Positions 29,301 to 41,300 of a stretch of 64,000 nucleotides of DNA are shown piece after piece. How positions within the stretch are numbered: position 1 is the stretch's first letter; each line of letters opens with the position of its first letter. Source of the stretch: Phoronis australis (Eukaryota > Animalia > Phoronida); contig NMRA01000367.1 in the NCBI GenBank assembly GCA_002633005.1, forward strand, positions 336,762-400,761, read 5' to 3'. Position numbers and translations under genes: made by a program. The notes beneath the pieces were generated by a model. That model was not told where the DNA came from, searched no databases, and saw only the letters and a program-made list of their open reading frames with translations.

Positions 29301-32300
29301 CTAAAATGGTTGCAGGTGCAATATGCTCTCACTGAAGCCTGCCCACAGGTACCAGACTCCCTACAATCATTTGTTATTATTGTTATTATTAACCATTGCT
29401 GCACTAGATCGTGGGCCAGTAACAGTCAAGGTGCTTATTTTAAGCAAATTCTCTCGCCAAACAAGTCATGCCAATGTTTTTTTAAATCCAGTTTTAAAGA
29501 CAATTAATGTAATCCGTAGACTGTTTCACTGACTATAAAATAAGAAAAAATTATTTTCTTGCCATACAAACTCAATTCCAAATGATTAAAGTACACGTAT
29601 CCCGTGTCCTATTCACTCTAGTCATAGCTCATGAATACACTCACTGGAATATTTTGTTACACTCTCAGGCACTGGAATAAAGAAATTACCACACTGCTAG
29701 CAAGGCTGTGCAAGTTTAGTATGGAATCTTCAAAAATTAGGCTTAAAGAGCTTAAATAATATAAGTCAATCTTGAATAAGGTTTCATGAGTTTTAGCTAG
29801 GTTCATCTTGTCTTGAAAAGGTTGTTTTCAATCTCAAAATCACTAAATATTATTAACTTTGCGCCATCACTAAAATTCATTGACTGTTACAATGGTCACT
29901 GTGCTCACCGTGGTGACACTGCCTGCCTGTTCCTTAGTGATGCTTGACACAAGCAGATTGTTTTGATGACATCACCACTGGTTTACCGACAGACTGATGG
30001 GGATGGGACTTGTCCAGATTACAACAGACACAAAGTTAATTTAAGTCATCTTGCTGTTCTAATTGGATGTTCTTAGAAATATGTCATCAATTTATTACTT
30101 AGTCATAGTTTTGTTTCTTGTCAATTACATTTTCACTCTTGTAAAACATTACGTTAGTTTATATCTTTTTACTTTTATTTTGTTTTTAGTTAACATTTGA
30201 AAACCTGTTCTTCTTATGTTCATATTTGTTTTGAGTTAAATGTTCTTCTTAACTCTTCTTCATTATGCTGCTATTTTCAGTTGTTCATTTGTTGTGTTAT
30301 TCTGTGCACCCCCTCTGTAGGGCTACCGTGTGTACTACACATTGAACCCTGACCTCCCATTGACCAACTGGCAGCAGCGACAGGTACAGACTGGTGAGCT
30401 AACCACAATCACAGAACTTCAGGTGAACCGGGTGTATACGGTGCGCATCCTGGCGTACACTAGTAATGGTGGCGGACCAGCATCTGAGCCGCAGCAGGTT
30501 ACCATGAGACCCGGAGGTAGATACTGCTTTATATTGTACCATTTTATGATGGCTGGCTAGCTTAGCTGGAGGAATTAAAGGCTTTCATACTTGTGTGTGT
30601 ATATGTTAAGTGGTTTGTGTGTGTGTGTGTGCGCGTGCGTGTGTGTCTGTTAGTATGTGGGTGTGCGTACATTATGTGTGTTTAAGTGTAAGGACCCATT
30701 AACAACACTGCATCTATCTAACTCTAAGTCGAGATCCAAATATATGAAATCAATGTGTCTTTCTGCTGGAAAGATCCATAAAAATGTTAGTTGGATAGAT
30801 TAGTCCGGTGGATATGTTAGTCTAGTGTAACAGTTGCCTGTCTCTTGTCTGTTGTCTGTCTCTAGAGAGTTAGTGCTAAAACATGACTCTATGTGTTTAG
30901 CATGCTGCAGTCTGCTATAGACGGCATGTTAGCTTTGTGTCAGCTAACAACTCTATCAAGACTCACTAAAAATATCTTGNTAGTATGTGGGTGTGCGTAC
31001 ATTATGTGTGTCTAAGTGTAAGGACCCATTAACAACACTGCATCTATCTAACTCAAAGTCGAGATCCAAATATATGAAATCAATGTGTCTTTCTGCTGGA
31101 AAGATCCATAAAAATGTTAGTTGGATAGATTAGTCCGGTGGATATGTTAGTCTAGTGTAACAGTTGCCTGTCTCTTGTCTGTTGTCTGTCTCTAGAGAGT
31201 TAGTGCTAAAACATGACTCTATGTGTTTAGCATGCTGCAGTCTGCTATAGACGGCATGTTAGCTTTGTGTCAGCTAACAACTCTATCAAGACTCACTAAA
31301 AATATCTTGCCAACTGTTGTTTTAATTCTCCAGTAAAACACTTGTTATAAGTTTTGTAAAATCTTGAAATATGATTTTGAGAGTTCCTCATTCATTGTTT
31401 GTTTCTAAGACGGGGAACTTCAGCACCACCACTGAAATTGTTTTGACAATGTCGACTATTTCTAACCCATTAAAGTGGAGGAAACAATATGTCCGCCGAG
31501 TTCTTCACTTATAAACACTGCTTACTGAGCTGGTAAACTTGGTGTGCTCAGCGCCCCCTATTGAATGTTTGTATTTATGAATTGGAAGGAGGAAGATGGT
31601 TGCACCATCCATAAACAATAGAACCTACCACTGTTCACTGACTCAGAAACAATAGCACCTATAGGCATTCACTGACTCACAAATAGTAGCACATACTGGT
31701 GTTCACTGACTCACAAACGAGGGTTACTAACTCTCAAAGTAATTGCTGCACTCGCAAAACATGTTTTTTGCACCTAAAGATACAGTCTTGGTGTAAAGTT
31801 GTATAATTGTACAATTTTGTATTGATCTAGGTAAAAATTGAGTTAGTTAAAAAATCAGACAAAAGATAAGTGTCACTCTTCGTTGAAGTAAGTTGATTTA
31901 GTAACTGGTATTCTGCAATTCCGATTGTCCGGTATTCTGCAGTGATGCTGTGTTAGTGAACAATGCCGTTAGTCCGGTATTCTGCAGTGATGCTGTGTTA
32001 GTAAAACAATGCCGTTAGTCCGGTATTCTGCAGTTATGCTGTGTTAGTGAACAATGCCGTTAGTCTGGTATTCTGCAGTTATGCTGTGTTAGTAAAACCA
32101 AGCCTTAATGCTGTTAGTAACTCACCAGAAATTAAAACTACAGAAAGTGTCTCTTTCTATCAAGTGTTCCCTGTTGAGAGTGTCGACAGGTTTAAGTACT
32201 TGGGCCTTATTTTAGATTCCAACCTTAAATTTAATATACACATAGATCACATCACAAAGAATCGTGTACTTAAACATCTTAATGTCATCATTCACAGGAC

Positions 32301-35300
32301 ACCATATCATTCTATTCCATACTAACTAATATTCACCAGTTTCAGGGCATACACTTGTAAGCAAAGTTCAAGTAATTCAAAATAAAGCTGCCAGGACTAT
32401 CCTGAGTTCTAGAATTAGGGACACTCGGGTCAACGACTTGTACTCCAAGCTTGACTTTATGAATTAAGTAAAACAATGAAATATCTCTCTCTCTCTCTCT
32501 GCTTGTTGCGTACAGACGTGTCAATGGCTTGGCTCCAACATTTCTCAGCCACAAATTCAGTTGCAGTCAGGCTCTATATACTCTACCAGTTGCAGTCAGG
32601 CTCTATACTCTACCAGTTGCAGTCAGGCTCTGTACTCTACCAGTTTTTCCGCTATTGGTAATGTTTCATTTAAGAAAATTAAAACTGAGACTGGCTAAAG
32701 ATGTTTTATTTATGTTGATGCTGCAATATGAAACTCTCTTAGCCCAGAAATGAAACGGTCCAATTCTATTAATGTTTTCATATTTAATATTAAAAAGTGA
32801 CAGTAATTTACCTGTATCTGTCTTAATTATGTCATTGTCATTACTATAAATACTCTCATTATTTAGTGTCACCTGTTTATTTTATTTCATGTCTCTTGGT
32901 CTAGTTTCATCTCCCTTCGTCATTTATTATCTAACTTGTCAACCTGTTTTAATTGTATCTTTGTTATTTGTATTTAATCATTGTTTTACTACTTTATTGT
33001 ATTATTGTACTGTTTTATATTGTGTTGTTGAGGACACTCTTGGAAAGCAGGGTAGACCCTGAAGTGAGGGCCCTCTTGGAAAGCAGGCTTGACCCTGAAG
33101 AGGCCATCCTAATTTTACATTATTATAATATAGAGTGCCATTGTGCACTGGGTTAGTCAAGGCAATAGTTGAGTTAGTGAATTGTTTTTTTTGGGGTACA
33201 AGCTGTGTTTTGTGAGTCTAGCTTCATGTTTAATAGTCAGTGAGCTGCGTTTGTGAGTGCAGGCAGGCAGGACTTTGTGAGTCAGTGAACTGAGTTTATT
33301 GGGTCTATTAACCATGTTTACAAGTGAGGTACTGTGACGAGTGGGGCAGCCATGTTGTATCCTCCCCTGACTGGTATGTTCTGCCGTAACTTGTGTGTGT
33401 TCTAGTGATTGTAATAGTAGTAGTTTTATGATAGAGGTTAGCTATATGTTACCATGTTTTGTTCTAACTGCTGTACTCATATATATATATATATACCATA
33501 TCTGTTTGATCTTGTCCTTTGTTTTGCTAGAAAATGAGACAATCGCTCGTTTTGCAAACAGTAAGTAGGATCAGAAAGATAATATTTCCATTTTTATTCT
33601 GATCTACTTTGTATTGGCGAATGAAGCATTCTTAGTCTGCAGTGTGGCATGTTTGTATCTATGCCTTTGGTGCATGACATTATTGGTAGGGTTCATTCTT
33701 GCTTGATGTATTGTGACGTTGGCGCAAGTGCTGCCCTCTACCTGGTTGACATTGATCTACTTTCTGAACCTGCGATCACTGCGCCATCCATTGCCGGTTG
33801 CCAGCACTCAATCGTATGCTGAACAGTTCAAGCGCACAACACATTTCTGAAAGTCACATTATTTAGGAAAGTCTGCTTTTTTCAACATTTCAGCCTTTTC
33901 TATCTGTTTTGACTAGATGTGTTGCAAGTTGTTGTCAAGCTATTGTCAGTACTGATACAACAAGTTCTGACTAAGTGATTTGCTGAAAAGCTTTCATTTG
34001 TTTCACTCTGATTAGTGTGCTATAGAGCCACTTTGTTGTGTCACTATGTCGCCTACGGCCACACACTGACTACACTTAAGGACATGTTCAGTGCCATCTG
34101 AGGTGCTCTTTTGCAGGAAGTGACACAGCGTTGTATCTGGCTTTATGCACACTGAATATATAATGTATTTTGTCTTTGTTAACAAACACAATAGCCATGA
34201 TATCAAAGTTAGATTTCAACATTTATTTTTGCTGAGATACAGAATTGGTTGACTTAAAAGTTTTTGAAGACCAAGCTTCATATCTTAATTTGTCTGCCTT
34301 GCCTGAAATAACATCTTCCTGAAACTTAAGTGGGACTATTCACTCAGTGTGCATGAATGGTGAATCTGGAGTGAATGAGTTGAGCAGATTCACTGTGCTC
34401 ACTTTGAAACTGACACATGTAACAGTGTGTGGTGCATCTTGTATCTATGGCAGACAGAAGAAAACTCATTCCCACTTAAATGGATTTATGGGATGTTGAC
34501 ATGTCAGTATAAAGTTGTAGCAAAGAGTATTTCAAGGATGACCTATTTATACTGCTTATCAAGGATGACCTATTTATACTGCTTATCAAGGATGACCTAT
34601 TTATACTGCTTATTAAACATGTTCCTTGACACCTGATCGTCAACTTCTTTGCGATAACTCAGATATCTGGTCATGTGCTGACACAATCTTGTGCTTTGGG
34701 AAGAATAGTCTTGGGGTATGTTCTCCATGAATTAGTGGTTGCCTAGTTACCAGTGATTGACCATAGGACCAGGTCACATGGTTGTGGTCACTCTACCCTG
34801 ACATTGACTTCATTGCTTGGTATTTTTCTCTCATCAATTCCGTGCAGACATGAAGGGTCGAAGTAAGTGCCCCTGTTGTTACTCTACCTTGTCCTTCGTT
34901 CCATTGTTGTAGTAGATCACCTGACAGTCACCTCTGACTCACTCAGACCACCATGTGCTAGACACTCTACCTGATACACTGTTTCATTCTAAAATAAAGG
35001 TGGAGAAACAATGAAACTTTTGGTTTGGGCATTTTGAAATGAAAAAACATTCATTTGTTCCGCGACTTATAAATATCAAGAATATGTCGCACATTATCGA
35101 CAAGTCTGTACGTTTAGTCAAATATCTGCAAACCAATAGATTCTAACATAATAAAAATTTACATTTTGTGAAAGTATAAAGCCTTACTTTTACCAATCTG
35201 CCATGTATTGGATGACATGTCCATGTCTAATTTTACTACAATACAACATTTATTGGATGACGTGTCTATTTCTTTTTACTACAATTCAACATTTATTGAG

Positions 35301-38300
35301 TGACGTGTCCATGTCTATTTACTACAATTCAACAAAGAAAAAATGTATAGTGATCTAAAGAACCAAACTTAATTTCATGTAAATAAATGTTGCAGATGAA
35401 ATCTTGGAAATTCTTTTACAATTTTCTAAATGATTTTGTTTTCGTTTGATACAACTTTTAACGTTTTTTGAAAATCTTGAAACCATGTTAAATGGAACAT
35501 TTTAAAAAGAATTTCTTACAGGATTTTGGGGAACACCATTTTACCATAGTATGTGAAGCTGTATCCGATCAGTTGTGTCTAAATTGTGATGTTCCGAAGT
35601 TAGCCAAACTTGAACAATTTTCTTGTGTCCTACCTACATAGCCTTACTTTGAGAAGATTGTGCCACAATTTTCATTCTTGAAGGTTTTCCACATCAGCTC
35701 AGACTCGCTCTGGACAACTGATTTTCAATTATGGTGAAAAATTGAGTTTGACATTCAAAATGGTTCATTTCTTGGCTTACCATCATCCCATAACTTATGT
35801 GTTAAAACAGCTATATTGTACAGTGTGAGACCAGAGGGACTGTCAGCTGCTGCCATCTATTGCTGAATGGTTAACATAGCTTTCTTATCTGTCACTAGTA
35901 TGTTTCACTCGGTGTCCTGTCACTTTAGGCTCAACTTGTAGCCACGCCCTTGTCATAGTAACCTGTCGTCATAGTAACCTGTCTAGTAGCTCTGAATTCA
36001 TATCATTTTAGTTGTTAGTTCACACTCTGCAACATCTCTCATGCTGATCTCTTTACAAGCTTTAAACATATTTCATCATTCCTGTCCAGTTGTTGTACTT
36101 TGTCCCTGTTGTTTACTTTGACACCCAAGGACAACTAGAGACAGAAATGGTCATTGTTTTGTTATGTGTTGAGCACAGATGTAGGTCTGGGCAGAGTGCA
36201 GGTAACTTGAACACTTTCTGCTTGTAACAAGAGTAACACTTAAATGTGGTGTTGCACAATCCTAATTGGAGATGTTTGATAGCACTAAGTATGATCACCT
36301 CAGTGTTGTTTACTGAGCGTTTTACCGCCCTTTTCCCAGAGTTCCTTGGTGAAGCTATTCCCTTGTCCCTGGCTGGCAGACACGTGTTTGTATTCAATGA
36401 AGACAAGAATGGATGTTCAGTGTCAACAGGAGGACACAGTATGTAGGTTGATACAGGTGACATAGTGGACCTGTTCATGGTACTGTTGAGGCTGACTATA
36501 TTATTGAAACTTTACCTAGAAGTTGCGCTCTGCATGTTGTGCTGTGTGAGTGCTCATGTATGTGACTGTTTCACTGTTTGTTTAGTTATAGAATGTGTGT
36601 GGCTTCTTCATTACCTGTACTCCTGGAAAAATGTTAATATTGACTGTCACAATACACTACTTCCAGTGCCTGGTCAGCCCGGTAACTTGCAAGTGACCGA
36701 CGTGGGACCCAATACACTAACAGTACGGTGGACGGAACCAGATTCAATTAGTGAGTTTCACCATGGCAACGGTATGACGCAGTACAGCCACGGTTCATGC
36801 TAGATTTTTCAACTTCCTCGTGTTTTGTAAATTACGTGTTATTCCTGTATAGTGCGCCTGGATTTAACCGTTTTGTTTCCTTTTTATTAAAAATTGAAAA
36901 TGACATGTCTCTGTAAGTCTGTGTTGTCATTTCAACAATTCTTTAGAATGGGAAAAGTAAACAGTATCTCATGTGGTGATTATACGATTATCTCCCCTTT
37001 CAGGTACTGTGGTTCGTTACTATGAACTCATAGTGCAAAGTCCGACTGGACCGCTTAACATCACAGTGAACCACCCCACCACTGTTAAAGTTTTGGATGG
37101 TCTTGTCCCCAACACACCCTATAATGTGAAGGTGCGTGCCAAGTCAGAGAATGGCTTCTCTCCGTATTCACCCACAGTCCTGGCGAAGACTTCCACATTC
37201 AGTAAGTGGCTCCACCTAGTGCATTTGAAGATAACAGCCTATAGACTTAGTACTAAAGACTTGATGAGTCATCTCACTCTATTCTTGTTGTTCATTTTGT
37301 TATGTGTAGAAAGTAACTGTCCTCACTGTCCTATAGGAGGCAGCAGCTGTTTCATAGAAATGATGTGGTCGTAGCTGTAGTGTTTTATTCTAGATGTTGA
37401 TTAAGTAGATCTACATATTAGTCCATGCAAGTGATGCGTGAGGGGAACATGTATAATCCCTGGGGGTCATGAACTATGCCATGGGAGGCTATGATTACCA
37501 TAAGACTGTTAGCAGTCTTCTCTCACCTTCGATATCTTCCATTCTCAACATTCTTTCACTGTATACAGTTGATCTACTCTGAAGTATTATAGTTATGCCC
37601 GTATACTAAAGCTATCAATTTTTTTCAACTTGATATGCAACTGTTTACAAAGCCTGTTATGTAAACTAGAAATGCAAAATAATGTAGGAGATCGTACTTA
37701 GTAATTGCCGCAGTCAATATCAGAGAGGCCACTCTGTGTGATTCACACAATTTTTCCTGAACTCCTCATGCATTGATGAAAAACTTCACCTGCGCATGAA
37801 AGTCATCTCTTTCTAAACAAAAGGCAACCATTTCTTTGTATCTGCAAATCTGTTCCCACATTCTTTTTGCCCAAGCTCAGTAAGCTCCTTTTCCTTTTGA
37901 TTTTATTTAACGTTTTGTAGTTATACCATTTGTTTTCTTGATGCTGATTTCAGTTTTTTTTCTGTGAAAGTCATTCATTGTTGATAGATGTGATGATTAC
38001 AAACTCTTAGGTAGCTCTTGCCTAATACGGCCAATTTCAGTTTTGTAATTTGTCAATGTTGTTTTGGTTCTCAGTAGACCTCTTGTGTTGCTTGCAATGT
38101 GAGCATGTTTAATGTGTTATTTGCTTTTTCTTTTCTCCTCACTCTCCTCACTCTAGGGCCCACAGCTCCCCCCAGAAATGTGCAGGGATCTCCTTACAGT
38201 TCAAAAAGCATTCTGGTTGAGTGGGCCCCACCCCCAGAGCGGTCTTGCAATGGAGACATTGCCAAGTATAGGATCACATTTAGCAAAGAGGAAGAGGGGG

Positions 38301-41300
38301 TATCGAGTAGTATTGAAGTTGATGGCAACGTCCACTCCTACATTCTAACCGACCTTGAGATCTGGACTGAATACAGAATTCAAGTGGCCGCAGCCACCAA
38401 TGTAGGCTACGGTCCTATGTGTGACCTGATTATTGCTCGCACTGCTGAAGACGGTAGGTTGGCATGGTAATGGGTTGCTGTTAATGCCTGGTCTTGCATC
38501 ACTAACCTTTGCCTGGTCATCCAGCCTACTAACCCATGTGCCCTTGTTTGCTGTGTTGATTTGTGTATGTTTAGTCTTGTCTCTCTCTTCTCATCTCATG
38601 CATTCACATGTGTTCTCACAGGAGGTAACTATGACAACTGTGCTTCACATTTCTGTTTTTGCCATCCATTTCCTGTAGTACAGCGTTATAATTACTTGCA
38701 TTATAATTACTTGCATTATAATTACTTGCATTATAATTACTTGCCAGCATGGCCTGATCAGATGTCTTGCTACACCTGGTCACATGGCCTGCTACACAGA
38801 AATAATGTTTCATTGTGGTTCTCACAGACCAGGGCAGTCACCCAGGCAATGTGGTTAATGTCACCTGGTGGTCCTCGTATTTTCACGAGGCCAACATTAA
38901 AATCCAAAGTGAGGCTCACTGTGATAAACAAAGCAGAAGTTGACATTGTGTCCATAGTTAAACACAGAGACATAGAAAAATATGTTAGAGAACAAGTCCA
39001 TGCACCAAAGAGGTGTCTGACGAAAGGGTGTAATTTTTTTTCGGAAAACTACATTCGAAACATGAAAACTAATATGACTAAGTTGCGGTGATCGTGTTAG
39101 GGATTTAGGTATATGTTGAATGTGGGGTTACATTTCTTCTTTTAAATTGTTGATAAAAGTGCTTTCTACACAAACGAGGTCATCCATTTGTATTTTTGAC
39201 GAGTTGAAGATTCATTTGACTGTGGTGGCTCATCTCATTTTGATGTCATGTGCAATTCGCATCTGGTTTAATTTCTTGATCAATAATATTAATATCAAAC
39301 ATACTCTAGGTCTTTCTAGTGAGGTAGGGAATACAGGTACTAACAGATGATTTGTCATTGTTCTGTAAGAATGACTGATGTTATTAAAATTATTTTTATA
39401 CCAGGCTAGTAATTGAAGCTAAAAATTATTTGACCATCAATTCTGCTTCAAATTCTTGGCTTTGATAAGTCTTACATCTATTGCATTTGTGTTTTTGGAT
39501 TTCAAGTATCAATCTGGACCAAATTGAATTTTAAAATTAAAACACCCAGTTCACTCATCCAGTTCACTCGTCCAGTTCACTCGTCCAGTTCACTCATCCA
39601 AAGCATAACCTGAAAAAGTAACCTATCTCATTTGAGAGCTTTAATAAATTGGACAGAGCAAGCATAGTTATCATGTTCCTTCAGGACCCTCGTTCATCCG
39701 CAGGGAGAGGTGCCTGTGCCTTCTGAGAGGGGAATTTTTTGGCTGTGTGAGGAGGAAGTTCTACCTCTGGATCACCATCAGTAGCGCCCCCTGCCTTGTT
39801 GCAAGCTCTCATAGGCTCTGCCTCAAGCAGCCAAAAGTTACATTTTGTGCTCTTTTAAATTGTCATTGTCACCTGTGTGGGTTACAATTGATTCGAACTT
39901 TGAGGGGAAATTTTCAATCATTTAAGGGTAAATTTTAGGCCCCATGAGGGTAATTTCACGTGATTTTTCAATATTTTTGAGAGGTGAATGGGGCCGACAT
40001 TCAGCCCCAAAATCGAGGGATTGACTGTCCTGTCCTTTTTGGAAAGTAATGCACCATGTTTCAACCAGTAGTTGTGACAACACAGCCTGGCTGGCCGAAG
40101 ATTCACTGGTTGTTGCTATTATGGTCGGCAACCGACATGCAACAAAATGTCGTCAAACTTTCAAAAACATTTATCAATTTTACCCAGAAATGTTTTTCGT
40201 TGTCACGGCGTATGGCAACCACCCAATGCTTCCGAATTTCAATGTCTTTAAAGATTGTAAAAAGGACGGCCGATTGCCATTTGAGCAACGTGGAACACAA
40301 TGTCGATTAGCCATTAACGGAGCTATCGTAGTGAGCCTCATTTTGGAACACACTTCTTGTCTGTGCTAATTTGGCACATAGACATGGGTAGCCACACAGG
40401 CCATGTAGTTAATGTCACCTGGTGGTGCTCGCAGACATGGGCAGTAAATCATTGCAGCTGTGTAGTTACTGTTCTTGGTGGTCTTCACAGACATGGACTG
40501 CCATATGAGCTGTGTAGTTACTGTAACCCGGTGGTTTTCACAGACGTAGGCTGTCATTTGCACTGTGTATGGCTGTCATTTGCACTGTGTATGGCTGTCA
40601 TTTGCACTCTGTATGGCTGTCATTTGCACTCTGTATGGCTGTCGTGTGGGCTGTGTAGCTTATGACTTGAAATGGCAGCCACTTTTGTTTGCTACNNNNN
40701 NNNNNNNNNNNNNNNNNNNNNNGCTCCCCCCTCATCCCCCCGCCATTGTGTTGTCACCTCTCCATGCACATGAACAGTGAATGTGTGCCAGCAGTATCCC
40801 TGACCATGGCCACATTTGCATTGCTTGCCTTGCATTTAGTTTACACTCATTCCTCCCGTGTTTGCTGACATACACAAACGACACACACACTTGTCGCCTG
40901 GTGCATCTCCACTCATTATAAAGAACTTCAATTCATTTTAATCGTTAATATTAATGTGCTTTGTCATGTTTTTAATAAAACAATGGTTTCTTTCTATGGT
41001 ATGAGTGTTTAACTTGTATTTGACGTCAAAGGCATGTGAAGAAGCATTTTCAAAAGGAAGTGACGTGCTTGTATAACACTTAACACTGGTTGTCCTGGCA
41101 ACTGGCTAACTTGACCAACTATATGTATGGTTAACATGTCTACTTCGTCAGCAACACTGCTCTATTGTTTTAATACTATTTCCTTGAATGCTTGTTTTGC
41201 TTTGCATTACAAACAATTGTAGAGTGTTGATAAGGGGGGAGGATTCTCTACCTTCGGAGGTTTGTTAAGACCCTCCAGGAGATAGACAAAAACATGGAGC

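Noticed and set aside
30651-31309. ~330-bp tandem duplication
   Set aside because: Joined by a single N (30980) and nearly identical: an assembly overlap artefact.
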